A stretch of DNA of 64,000 bases from Streptomyces sp. NBC_00353 (lineage in GTDB: Bacteria; Actinomycetota; Actinomycetes; Streptomycetales; Streptomycetaceae). The stretch covers positions 6,386,058 to 6,450,057 of the forward strand of contig NZ_CP107985.1 in NCBI RefSeq assembly GCF_036108815.1, read 5' to 3'. The notes below the pieces were generated by a model that searched no databases, had not been told where the DNA came from, and saw nothing but the letters and a program-made list of their open reading frames with translations. Positions 30,930 through 40,343 of this stretch are shown here, in pieces; positions within the stretch are counted from its first letter, which is position 1, and every line of letters starts with the position of its first letter. Both the position numbers and the translations under genes were made by a program.

Positions 30930-33071
30930 ATGAGATCCACGGTGTCGGACAGCTCCGGAGGTCCGGAGAAAAAGAACGGGATGGAAGGAGAGCCGGTGAA
31001 CGGCGGCGAGGAAATGAGGGCCGGATGGGGCCCTGGCGCGAGTGCCGACGCAGAGTCCCGCACGGGTGCCGAGCCGGGCAACGGGACGGAATCCGTCCTC
31101 GACCTGGTGCTCGACCCGGTCCCGGGCGAAGCCAAGGACTCCACCTTCGGTGCGGCCTCGGCGTCGGTATCCGTACCGGCTTCGGATCCCGCGCCGGCTT
31201 CGGTGTCTGCCACGGTTTCGGATCCCGTGCCGGCTGTCGAGACCGGGACCGCATGGCCGCTGCCCGAATCCGTCGGAGCCGAGCCGGTGTCCGGCCCCGT
31301 GCTCGATGCCGGACTCGGCCCCGTGGCCGCCGGCCTGGTGTCGGTTGAGGCCGAGGGCGGAGACGTGCCGGTTTCGGATCCCGTGCTCGATGCCGCGCCC
31401 GACGCCGCACTCGGCCCCGTGGCCGCCGGCCTGGTGTCGGTTGAGGCCGAGGGCGGAGACGTGCCGGATTCGGTGTCTGCCACGACTTCGGATCCCGTGC
31501 CGGCTGCCGAGGCCGGGGCCGCATGGCCGCCGCCCGGACCCGTCGGAGTCGAGCCGGTGTCCGACACCATGCTCGAAGCCTTGCTCGATGCCGCACCCGG
31601 CGCCGTGCCGGCTTCGGTGTCTGCCCCGGTTTCGGTTTCGGTGTCTGCTCCGGTTTCGGACCCCGTGCCGGTTTCGGTGTCTGCCACGGTTTCGGACCCC
31701 GTGCCGGGTGTCGAGGTCAGGGCCGTATGGCCCCCGGAATCCGTCGGAGTCGAGCCGGTGACCGACCCCGCACCCGCTGACCTGCTCGACACCGCGCCCT
31801 ACACCGTGCCCGAGGGCGTGCCTGACGCCATGCTCGATGCCGTGCCCGACACCGTGCCCGAGACAGTGTCCGACGCTTTGCTCGATGCCGCACCCGCCGC
31901 CCTGACGTCCGTTGGAGCGGAGGCCGCGGGCGACGGTGCGGACGGCGACGGCGATGCCCGGTTGGAGACCGGGCGGCAGCAGGCCGCCGGCGTCAAGGAG
32001 CTCACCGAGGCCGTCCCCGTGCACGTCCTCGTCCGTGACGACCCCGCCAAGTCCCCCGCCGATCCGGCGCGGCAGGACGGCGGCGGGGGGAAGGCGACGG
32101 GTGTACGGCGGGCGCCCGTGGCCCGCAGGGGGCAGGTGCAGGCCCCCACCCGTCCCGCTCCGGCCGGGGATCCGTACCTGACCGAGAAGCCGGGGCCCGC
32201 ACTGCCCGGATGGATCGCGGTGCTCGCCGGGCTGGTCGGGGTCATCGGCGGTGGCGCCGTGCTGTGGTGGGCCGGTGCGGTGCCGCGTGGCGTGCTTGCG
32301 CGGGTCGGGATCGATGTGCGCCCGTACGACGGGATCGGCCCCGGGGCCTGTGCGGAGCTCTTCCTGTTGCTGATCCTGGTGCTCGTCGCGCTCAGCGGTC
32401 TGGGCCGCGGGCGGGTCGGGAGCGCGTGGGTGCTGACGCTCTTCGGTGAGTACCGGGGTAGCGTGCGCCGGACCGGGCTCGTCTGGACCAGTCCGCTGCT
32501 GCTGCGTCGCCACGTCGACGTACGGCTTCGGCACTGGCGCAGCGAACCGCTGCCCGCTGTGGACGCGAACGGTACGGCGCTGCGCGTCGTCGTCCTCGTC
32601 GTGTGGCGGATCAAGGACACGGTGCGGGCGACGTTCGGGGTGACGGACCACGAGGACTATCTGCGCGAGCAGGTCGTGTCGGCGATTGCGCGCGTCCTCT
32701 CGCAGCTGCCCGCCGACGCCTTCCACGAGGACGCGCACACCCTGCGCAACGCGGAGGCGGTCGGTGACGCGCTGACCCTGACGCTGAAGGCGGAATGCGA
32801 GCCGGTGGGCATCGACGTGTACTCCGCACAGCCGACCGGTATCGAGTACGCGCCGGAGGTCGCCGCTTCCATGCAGCGCCGACGGATCGCCGCCATCGAC
32901 GCCCAACACCGCGACAGCGTGCTGACTTCCGTGGTTGACGCGGTGGACGACACGGTCAGCCGGCTGACCGCGCGAGGCCTCGTGACGCTCGACGACTACG
33001 AACGGAAGGCGCTGGTCAAGGACCTGACGGTGGCCTTCTACACCGGACGCACCAGTGGGGAAGGTTCCTGA
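30930..33071 (+). CDS. membrane protein with long repetitive N-terminal region and C-terminal SPFH/band-7 domain
   Basis: C-terminal prohibitin/stomatin-like region RVVVLVVWRIKDTVRATFGV...IEYAPEVAASMQRR. Contains an internal exact direct repeat of about 58 bp. Confidence 0.7.
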   Translation: MRSTVSDSSGGPEKKNGMEGEPVNGGEEMRAGWGPGASADAESRTGAEPGNGTESVLDLVLDPVPGEAKDSTFGAASASVSVPASDPAPASVSATVSDPVPAVETGTAWPLPESVGAEPVSGPVLDAGLGPVAAGLVSVEAEGGDVPVSDPVLDAAPDAALGPVAAGLVSVEAEGGDVPDSVSATTSDPVPAAEAGAAWPPPGPVGVEPVSDTMLEALLDAAPGAVPASVSAPVSVSVSAPVSDPVPVSVSATVSDPVPGVEVRAVWPPESVGVEPVTDPAPADLLDTAPYTVPEGVPDAMLDAVPDTVPETVSDALLDAAPAALTSVGAEAAGDGADGDGDARLETGRQQAAGVKELTEAVPVHVLVRDDPAKSPADPARQDGGGGKATGVRRAPVARRGQVQAPTRPAPAGDPYLTEKPGPALPGWIAVLAGLVGVIGGGAVLWWAGAVPRGVLARVGIDVRPYDGIGPGACAELFLLLILVLVALSGLGRGRVGSAWVLTLFGEYRGSVRRTGLVWTSPLLLRRHVDVRLRHWRSEPLPAVDANGTALRVVVLVVWRIKDTVRATFGVTDHEDYLREQVVSAIARVLSQLPADAFHEDAHTLRNAEAVGDALTLTLKAECEPVGIDVYSAQPTGIEYAPEVAASMQRRRIAAIDAQHRDSVLTSVVDAVDDTVSRLTARGLVTLDDYERKALVKDLTVAFYTGRTSGEGS

Positions 33072-33231
33072 TCGCGCCGTCGTACTGCCTCCGTGGGGAA
33101 CCGGAATCCCACTCCCATTGGTCTGGACATGTTCATGCCCTGTCAATAATCTAAGGCTTGGTCTAGACCGCACCATCACGCGCGCAGCAGTGCTCATGGA
33201 ACCTCCCCCACGTTCTTGAGGAGCGACAGCA

Positions 33232-33822
33232 ATGCGTAAACGGGCAAGCGCGGCCGTCATAGGCCTCGCCATCGCGGGCGTCTCGATGTTCGCGACGAGC
33301 AGCGCAGGCAGTCACGGCTACACCGACAACCCCATCAGTCGCCAGAAGCTCTGCGCCAACGGCACCGTCACCGGCTGCGGTGCCATCCAGTACGAGCCGC
33401 AGAGCGTCGAGGCTCCCAAGGGCTTCCCGGCGGCGGGTCCGGCCGACGGCAAGATCTGCTCCGGCGCCCACGACAACTTCGCCGCACTGGACGACCCGCG
33501 CGGCGGCAACTGGCCCGCCACCAAGGTCACCGCGGGTCAGGGCTTCAGCTTCCGCTGGCAGTTCACCGCCCGCCACGCCACAACCGACTTCCGTTACTAC
33601 ATCACCAAGAACGGCTGGGACCCCACCAAGCCGCTCACCAGGGCGGCGCTGGAGTCGCAGCCGTTCATGACCGTGCCGTACGGCGGTCAGCAGCCCCCGG
33701 CCACCCTGACCCAGCAGGGCACCATCCCCACCCAGAAGACCGGGCGGCACATCATCCTGAGCGTCTGGAACATAGCGGACACCGGCAACGCGTTCTACGC
33801 GTGCTCCGATGTTCAGTTCTGA
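33232..33822 (+). CDS. lpmP: AA10 lytic polysaccharide monooxygenase (LpmP-like)
   Basis: After signal-peptide cleavage the N-terminus is HGYTDNPISRQKLC, the His-brace His1. AA10 motifs follow. dre-like boxes lie upstream. Confidence 0.85.
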   Translation: MRKRASAAVIGLAIAGVSMFATSSAGSHGYTDNPISRQKLCANGTVTGCGAIQYEPQSVEAPKGFPAAGPADGKICSGAHDNFAALDDPRGGNWPATKVTAGQGFSFRWQFTARHATTDFRYYITKNGWDPTKPLTRAALESQPFMTVPYGGQQPPATLTQQGTIPTQKTGRHIILSVWNIADTGNAFYACSDVQF

Positions 33823-33848
33823 CGCCTAGTCAGTTACCGTGCGGCGCC

Positions 33849-35528
33849 ATGGGGAGCGCAGGCACCGTCGCGGAGTTCGTACAGCGCCAATGGGGCGACC
33901 ACCGGCCCGGGTTGAGGCACGAGGACACCGTCCTCAGCCACCACCAGGTAGCCGCCGGCGCTGCTGCACGGGCGGCGCTCCTGGTGGATCTGCTGCCGGC
34001 GGGCAGCGAACCGCACCTGGGGGTGCTGCTCGACAACACCCCCGAATTCCCCATGTGGTTGAGCGCGGCGGCCCTGGCCGGGGCCGCCGTTGCGGGCATC
34101 AACCCGACCCGGCGCGGCGCCGAGCTGGCCCGCGACATCATGCACACCGACTGCAGGGTCCTGGTCACCGAACGCGCGCACCTGCCGTTGCTCGACGGGC
34201 TCGATCTGCCGGGCGTACGGGTGCTGGTCACCGACACCGACGCGTACGCCGAGCTGCTCGCCGGCTACGCGGGGGCCGAACCGGGCGAGGCGGTGCTCGG
34301 GGAGGTCCGGTCCGCCACCCGCATGTTGCTCTACTTCACCTCCGGGTCGACCGGTGCGCCCAAGGCCGCGATCTGCACCCAGGGGCGGCTGGCTGCGGCC
34401 GGGCAGTCGCTGGTCGACCACTTCGGGGTCCGGCGCGACGACGTCCACTACGTCTGCATGCCGATGTTCCACGGCAACGCCGTGATCGCCGACTGGGCCC
34501 CCGCACTGGCCGGCGGCGCCTCGGTCGCCCTGCGCCGCCGCTTCTCGGCCTCCGGCTTTCTCGACGACGTACGGGCGTACGGCGCCACGTACTTCACCTA
34601 TGTCGGCCGCGCCGTGCAGTACCTGCTGGCCACCCCCGAGCGCCCCGACGACCGTGACCATCCGCTGCGACTCGGCTTCGGCACCGAGGCGGGTGCCGTG
34701 GACGCGGCAAGGTTCCGGGAGCGGTTCGGGGTGCGGCTGGTGGAGGGGTACGGATCCTCCGAGGGCGGCGCGGCGATCCAGCGGACCCCGGACACCCCGG
34801 CGGGTGCCATCGGGCGGGCCTCCGCCCGGGACGATCTCGCCGTCGTCGACCCCGAGACCGGCGAGGAGCGCGTCGCCGCGGTCTTCGACGAGGGCGGACG
34901 ACTGGTCAACGGCGCCGAGGCCATAGGGGAGTTGGTCAACCGGGGCCGTACCCCCTTCGAGGGCTACTGGCGCAACGCGGAGGCGGACGCGGCGCGGGTG
35001 CGCGGCGGCTGGTACTGGACCGGGGACCTGTTCTTCCGCGACCCCGACGGCTTCCTCTACTTCGCGGGCCGCACGGACGACCGGCTGCGCGTCGACAGCG
35101 AGAACCTGGCGGCCGCGATGATCGAGAACATCCTGGCCCGCTGGGGGGACGCGGCGGCCGTCGCGGTGTACGCGGTGCCGGACCCGGTGGCCGGCGACCA
35201 GGTGATGGCGGCGCTGGCACTGCGTGAGGGGGCGGCGTTCGACCCGGCCGCCTTCGCCGCGTTCCTGGCGGCCCAGCCGGATCTGGGGACGAAGATGGCG
35301 CCCCGCTTCGTGCGGATCGTCCCGGCGATGCCGGTCACGGCGACGAACAAGGTGCACCGGGTCGCGCTCCGCCGCGAGGGCTTCCGGAGCACGGACCCGG
35401 TGTGGTGGAACGGGGTGGGCGGTGGTGGGTACGGCCCGTTGGGGGGCGAGGAACTGGCCGGCCTGCTCGCCGAGTACGAGGCGCATGGACGCACCGCCCT
35501 CCTGCCCTCGGTCTCCCTCATGGCCTGA
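33849..35528 (+). CDS. AMP-binding acyl-CoA synthetase/ligase
   Basis: AMP-binding motifs YFTSGSTGAPKA and YGSSEGG. Start at the ATG at 33849. Confidence 0.85.
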   Translation: MGSAGTVAEFVQRQWGDHRPGLRHEDTVLSHHQVAAGAAARAALLVDLLPAGSEPHLGVLLDNTPEFPMWLSAAALAGAAVAGINPTRRGAELARDIMHTDCRVLVTERAHLPLLDGLDLPGVRVLVTDTDAYAELLAGYAGAEPGEAVLGEVRSATRMLLYFTSGSTGAPKAAICTQGRLAAAGQSLVDHFGVRRDDVHYVCMPMFHGNAVIADWAPALAGGASVALRRRFSASGFLDDVRAYGATYFTYVGRAVQYLLATPERPDDRDHPLRLGFGTEAGAVDAARFRERFGVRLVEGYGSSEGGAAIQRTPDTPAGAIGRASARDDLAVVDPETGEERVAAVFDEGGRLVNGAEAIGELVNRGRTPFEGYWRNAEADAARVRGGWYWTGDLFFRDPDGFLYFAGRTDDRLRVDSENLAAAMIENILARWGDAAAVAVYAVPDPVAGDQVMAALALREGAAFDPAAFAAFLAAQPDLGTKMAPRFVRIVPAMPVTATNKVHRVALRREGFRSTDPVWWNGVGGGGYGPLGGEELAGLLAEYEAHGRTALLPSVSLMA

Positions 35529-35612
35529 AGGGCATGGGAGGGGCCCCTCGACGGGCCCGAAACTCGAACCCGTCCGGCGAACGAGGACGGACAAGGTGAC
35601 GTGGACGGCCCC

Positions 35613-37124
35613 TCAGTGCGTCGGGGCCAGTTGCTTCCGGGCCCCACTGCTGCGCCGCAGAAGTGCCACGGCGAGCGCCGCTCCCGCCAGCAGAATCAGC
35701 GATCCCGCCACCGACGCGTACTGCATGCTGTGCACGAACGCCTCCCGGCCCGCCGAGATCAGCGACGCGTCCCCCGTGGCCAGCGCCCCCGGCAGGGTCT
35801 TGCGGGCGGCCTCCGGTGCGGAGTCCGGCAGGTCCGCTCCGTACACCGCGGTGGCCACCGCGCCCAGCAGCGCCATGCCCATCGCGCCGCCGAACTCCTG
35901 ACCCGTCTCCAGCAGCGACGCGGCCGAACCGGCCTTCTCCGGCGGGGCGGTCGCCAGCGCCAGGTCCGAGACGAGCGCCATGACGGTGACGATGCCCGAG
36001 CTCATCACGGCCGAGCCGATGAGCAGCAGCCACAGCGAGTCCGTGTCGGACAGGGCCAGCAGAGCGAATCCGGCGGCGGCGATGACGAATCCGGCGGAGA
36101 TGACCTGCATACGGTCGATCCGCTGGGCGATCGCCGTGGCCGTCGGCGCCGCGGCTCCCACCGCCAGCGACGGGGCCAGGCTCCACAGGGCGGCCTCCAT
36201 CGTGGACATGCCGAGCACCGACTGGAGGTACTGGGTGGTGAAGAAGGCGGAGCCCATCATCGCGAAGGCGGCGAGGGAGTTGAGGCCGATTCCGGCGGCG
36301 AAGCCCTTCCCGCGGAACAGTTCCCGGCTGATCATCGCATCGTCACGGACGCGCTGGCGGCGGACGAAGACCCAGCCGACGAGCAGGCCGACGGCGATGA
36401 GCAGGGCGTTGCGCGCGTCGAGACTGTGGGCGGCGCTCTCCTTGACGCCGTAGACGACGGGGAGCACGGCGCCCATCGACAGCGGCACGCTCCACAGGTC
36501 GAACCGCCCCGGGTTCGGGTCCTTGAACTCCGGGACCAGCACCGGCACCAGAACCAGCAGCAGCACCATCGCCGGCACATTGATCAGGAAGACCGAGCCC
36601 CACCAGAAGTGCTGCAGCATGAACCCGCTGAGCACCGAGCCGAGTGCGATCCCGCCCGCCATGGCGCCGGACCAGATGCCGACCGCGGTGCTGCGCTGCT
36701 GCTCGTTGCGGAACATGTTCCGTACGAGCCCCATCGTCGACGGCATCAGCGTCGCTCCGCCGATCCCGAGCAGCGCGCGCGCCGCGATCAGCATCTCGGG
36801 GCCGGTGGCGTATGCCGCGCCGACGGACGCGGTGCTGAAGGCGACTGCCCCGACGAGCAGCAGCTTGCGGCGGCCGATCCGGTCGCCGAGCGAGCCCATC
36901 GTGATGAGCAGGCCGGACAGGGCGAAGCCGTACACGTCGAAGATCCAGAGCTGCTGGGTGGCGCTCGGGGCGAGGTCCCGGTCGATGGACGGGATCGCGA
37001 AGAAGAGGACGGAGACGTCCATCGAGACAAGGAGGAGGGGGAGCAGGAGGACCACGAAGGCGGTCCACTCCTTGCGGCCGGCGAGGTCACTGCGATCAGT
37101 GGTGGTGCTCGTCGCGTTCGTCAT
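35613..37124 (-). CDS. MFS transporter, DHA2 (EmrB/QacA) 14-TMS type
   Basis: Fourteen transmembrane segments and the MFS motifs GSLGDRIGRRK and LLGIGGA. Confidence 0.85.
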   Translation of the reverse strand: MTNATSTTTDRSDLAGRKEWTAFVVLLLPLLLVSMDVSVLFFAIPSIDRDLAPSATQQLWIFDVYGFALSGLLITMGSLGDRIGRRKLLLVGAVAFSTASVGAAYATGPEMLIAARALLGIGGATLMPSTMGLVRNMFRNEQQRSTAVGIWSGAMAGGIALGSVLSGFMLQHFWWGSVFLINVPAMVLLLVLVPVLVPEFKDPNPGRFDLWSVPLSMGAVLPVVYGVKESAAHSLDARNALLIAVGLLVGWVFVRRQRVRDDAMISRELFRGKGFAAGIGLNSLAAFAMMGSAFFTTQYLQSVLGMSTMEAALWSLAPSLAVGAAAPTATAIAQRIDRMQVISAGFVIAAAGFALLALSDTDSLWLLLIGSAVMSSGIVTVMALVSDLALATAPPEKAGSAASLLETGQEFGGAMGMALLGAVATAVYGADLPDSAPEAARKTLPGALATGDASLISAGREAFVHSMQYASVAGSLILLAGAALAVALLRRSSGARKQLAPTH

Positions 37125-37257
37125 GCCAGGAAATATACGAGCGTTTAAAACAAGTGTCTAGTACGGACGTGTAACACGTTTGTATGGAACGACGGGCAGC
37201 AAAAAACGCAGTGGGCGGTCTACGTACAAGTACGTAGACCGCCCACTGCGTTGTCTG

Positions 37258-37331
37258 TGCGCCGCCAGGGACTCGAACCCCGGACCCGCTGATTAAGAGT
37301 CAGCTGCTCTAACCAACTGAGCTAGCGGCGC
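37258..37331 (-). tRNA. tRNA-Lys (anticodon CUU), copy 2 identical to copy 1
   Basis: Same 74 nt. A perfect 21-bp-stem terminator hairpin at 37207-37251 is followed by a T-run on the minus strand. Confidence 0.9.
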
Positions 37332-37425
37332 CTGCTGACTCGAAAATAATACCTGGTCCCGGGAGGTGCTGATGACACGCGCCCGCGACGGGCCCGCGGG
37401 GACATCCGGCCTGACCGGACGGCCC

Positions 37426-37875
37426 CTAGTGGCTGGGGAGTGACACGCGGGCGGTGGGCCCGCCGCCGGGGTTGGGGGTCAAGGTCGGGTCGCCGTGGTG
37501 GGCGCGGACGATACCGGCGACGAGGCCGAGGCCGTGCCCGCGGCGAGCGGGGTCCTTCTCGGCCAGGCGTCCGCTGCCGCGCAGGAACGGTTCGGTGAGG
37601 TGGTCGACCGTGTCGGGCAGGAGGGGTCCGGTGTTGGTGACGGTCAGGACGGCGCGGCCAGGGTCTGCCGGGTCGGGGTCGGTGCTCAGGGTGAGCGATC
37701 CGCCGGTGGCCAGGTTGTGCCGCAGGGCGTTGTGGAGCAGGTTCAGGGTGAGCCGGCGGAGCAGTACGCCGTCGCCGGTGGCCGGGGCCGGGTGGATGTC
37801 GGTGGAGAGGGCGATGCCCCGTGTCCAGGCTTCCTCGCGGACGAGATCAAGGGCTGCGCACCGCCCCCGAGCTCC
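37426..37875 (-). pseudogene. 3' remnant of a sensor histidine kinase gene (HATPase_c domain only)
   Basis: N-box LNLLHNALRHN and G-box GHGLGLVAGIVRAHHGD. There is no HisKA domain. The upstream extension of the 470-aa ORF is junk and overlaps the IclR gene. Confidence 0.5.
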
Positions 37876-37916
37876 CCCAACTCCCGGAACTCGCCGGTCG
37901 CAGCCCCCAGCAGCCC

Positions 37917-38675
37917 TCAGAGTGCCAGTGACAGCAGGACCGGAGCGGCCCGCCGGTTCAGGGTGTCCGCTGCCGAGCGCAGCCGGTGCGCATCCTCGAC
38001 CGGCAGGGAGAGTGCCAGGCAGCCGGCCGATGAGCCCGCCGTCAGCGGGACGGCCGCGCAGACCGTCCCCACCGCGTACTCCTGGAGGTCGAGCACCGGG
38101 ACCGTCGCCGGCTGGCTGTCCAGCTTGGAGAAGAGGACCTTCTCGCTGGTGATGGTCCGCGAGGTGAGCCGGGCGATCTTGTGGCGCGAGATGTGGTCGC
38201 GGCGGCCGTTCTGGTCGAGCTGGGTCAGCAGGCACTTGCCGATCGCGCTGGCGTGCGCGGCGGACCGGAAGTCGACCCACTCGTTGACCGCGGGCGTGCG
38301 CGGACCGTCGGCGTACTGGGTGACCCGGATCTCGCCGTCGACGTACCGGCTGATGTACACCGCGGCGCCGACGGAGTCGCGCAGCTGGTCCAGTGTCTGC
38401 TGGAGCTTCGTCTCCAGGGCCTGCCTGCGGCCGGTGCCGGAGCCGAGCAGCAGGAGCGAGGCGCCGATCACATAGGCGCCGTCGGTGATCTGCTCGACAT
38501 AGCCCTCGCGGCGCAGCATCAGCAGCAGCGGGGCGAGATGCCCGGCCGGCAGCCCCGTCTCGCGGGAGATCTGGGCGTCCAGAACGCCGTTGCCGTGCTT
38601 GGAGACCGTTTCGAGAACACGAAGGGCGTACTGCACCGAGTGGAACGGTGCGGTCGGTTCGGGCTTCAACGCCAC
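37917..38675 (-). CDS. IclR-family transcriptional regulator
   Basis: N-terminal HTH and C-terminal IclR effector fold. Confidence 0.85.
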   Translation of the reverse strand: MALKPEPTAPFHSVQYALRVLETVSKHGNGVLDAQISRETGLPAGHLAPLLLMLRREGYVEQITDGAYVIGASLLLLGSGTGRRQALETKLQQTLDQLRDSVGAAVYISRYVDGEIRVTQYADGPRTPAVNEWVDFRSAAHASAIGKCLLTQLDQNGRRDHISRHKIARLTSRTITSEKVLFSKLDSQPATVPVLDLQEYAVGTVCAAVPLTAGSSAGCLALSLPVEDAHRLRSAADTLNRRAAPVLLSLAL

Positions 38676-38860
38676 GGTTTCCCCCTACCAGGTTGTGACC
38701 GCAAGACCAGGTTGTAACCGCAAGCTTCCGCACCACGATAGCCGCCAAATGGCTTTTGAGGGGGGCCTGTTGACGACTTGCCGAGGCGCCCCGGCGCTGC
38801 CAGCTGGGGTGCACCCGTCTGGCATATGCCAAAGTCATGAGCAGCCGATGGAGGGCGAGG

Positions 38861-39712
38861 TCACAGCACCGCGTCGAGGAACTCGCGCGTACGTTCGTGT
38901 TCGGGATCGGTGAAGATTTTTTCCGGCGAACCTGCCTCCACCACCCGCCCGGCGTCGAACATCAGCACCTTCTCCGAGACGTCCCGGGCGAAATTCATCT
39001 CGTGGGTCACGCAGAGCATCGTGATGTCGGTGTTCCGCGCGATGTCGCCCAGCAGGTCCAGCACGCCCGCCACCAGCTCCGGGTCGAGTGCGGACGTCAC
39101 CTCGTCCAGCAGCAGGATCTCCGGCTGCATCGCCAGCGCGCGGGCGATCGCCACCCGTTGCTGCTGGCCGCCGGAGAGCTGGGAAGGGTGTGCGTCGACC
39201 TTTTCCGAGAGCCCCACCAGATCGAGCAGCTCGCGGGCGTGGGTCTCCGCCTCGTCACGGTCCATGCCCAGCACGCTGACCGGTGCCTCGGTGATGTTCT
39301 GCAGCACCTTCATATGGGGAAAGAGGTTGAACTGCTGGAAGACCATGCCGATCTTCCTCCGGGCCTCGCGCAGATGCTTCTCGGTCGCCGGCCTCAGCGA
39401 GCCGTCGGGAGCCCTGACGTGGGACAGCGGGTCGCCGTCCACCCAGATCACTCCGTCGCTGACCTTCTCGAGCGTCATCAGCAGCCGCAGGATGGTGGTC
39501 TTGCCCGAGCCGCTGGGTCCGATCAGCGTGACGTGTTCGCCGCGCCGCACCGAGAAGTCCAGCCCGTCGAGGACGACATGGTCGCCGTACCGCTTCACGA
39601 CGTTGTCGAAGCGGACCAGCGGATGGGCGGTCTGCGACGTGGCAGGGACCGGGACAATGTCCACGGGGGCCGCGGCCGCCGCCTTCTGCAGGGGGAGAGG
39701 TTCAGTGGCCAA
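38861..39712 (-). CDS. polar amino-acid ABC transporter ATP-binding protein
   Basis: Walker A GPSGSGKTT, signature LSGGQQQRV and Walker B LLLDEVTSALD. Confidence 0.9.
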   Translation of the reverse strand: MATEPLPLQKAAAAAPVDIVPVPATSQTAHPLVRFDNVVKRYGDHVVLDGLDFSVRRGEHVTLIGPSGSGKTTILRLLMTLEKVSDGVIWVDGDPLSHVRAPDGSLRPATEKHLREARRKIGMVFQQFNLFPHMKVLQNITEAPVSVLGMDRDEAETHARELLDLVGLSEKVDAHPSQLSGGQQQRVAIARALAMQPEILLLDEVTSALDPELVAGVLDLLGDIARNTDITMLCVTHEMNFARDVSEKVLMFDAGRVVEAGSPEKIFTDPEHERTREFLDAVL

Positions 39713-40343
39713 GGCGCTTCTCCAGCTTTCTCATCAGCAGCGAGGTGGGGTAGCTCGCGACCAGGAAGACCAGTCCGGCGAGCGTGAATGCCTCGGTGTA
39801 GGCGAAGTGGTCGGCGCCGTACTTACGGGCCTCGAAGACCATTTCCTGCACCGTGATCACGGCGAGGAACGGGGTCTCCTTGAACATCGAGATCGCGTAG
39901 TTGCCGAGGGCGGGCAGCACATTGCGCACCGCCTGCGGCAGGATCACGGCCTGCCAGGTCCGCCGCGGGGTGAGCGAGAGCGCCCGGCAGGCCTCCCACT
40001 GGCCCTTCGGCACACCGTCGATCCCGGCGCGGTACACCTCAGCGGTGTACGCGGCGTAGTGCACGCCCAGCACCGCAATGCCGATCGTCAGCGGCTCCAC
40101 CGAGGTGAACAGGGCCGCTGCGCCGACCAGTTGGACGAGCAGCGGGGTGGACCGGATGAATTCCGTCACGATCCGTACCGGCACGGTCACGAACCTGCTC
40201 GGGGCCCGTCCGGCGACCGCGACGGCGAGCCCGAGTACCGCGGCGACGAGCGTGCCGAGCACGGTCGCGAGCAGCGTGACCCGGAAACCTTCGAGCACCA
40301 GGGGAAGTGCGTCCCGGGCGGCGTTCCAGTCGAAGCCGTTCAC
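39702..40343 (-). CDS. amino-acid ABC transporter permease
   Basis: HisM/HisQ-type permease with five transmembrane segments. Overlaps its neighbours. Confidence 0.85.
   Translation of the reverse strand: MNGFDWNAARDALPLVLEGFRVTLLATVLGTLVAAVLGLAVAVAGRAPSRFVTVPVRIVTEFIRSTPLLVQLVGAAALFTSVEPLTIGIAVLGVHYAAYTAEVYRAGIDGVPKGQWEACRALSLTPRRTWQAVILPQAVRNVLPALGNYAISMFKETPFLAVITVQEMVFEARKYGADHFAYTEAFTLAGLVFLVASYPTSLLMRKLEKRLGH

Noticed and set aside
29563-33272. 677-aa and 802-aa minus-strand ORFs antisense to the P60-like and SPFH genes
   Set aside because: R/P-rich junk translations. They are driven by the absence of stop codons in GC-rich repeats.
37876-38838. Full 470-aa histidine-kinase ORF
   Set aside because: Only the C-terminal 150 aa look like a kinase. 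The rest is junk overlapping the IclR gene, hence the pseudogene/fragment call.
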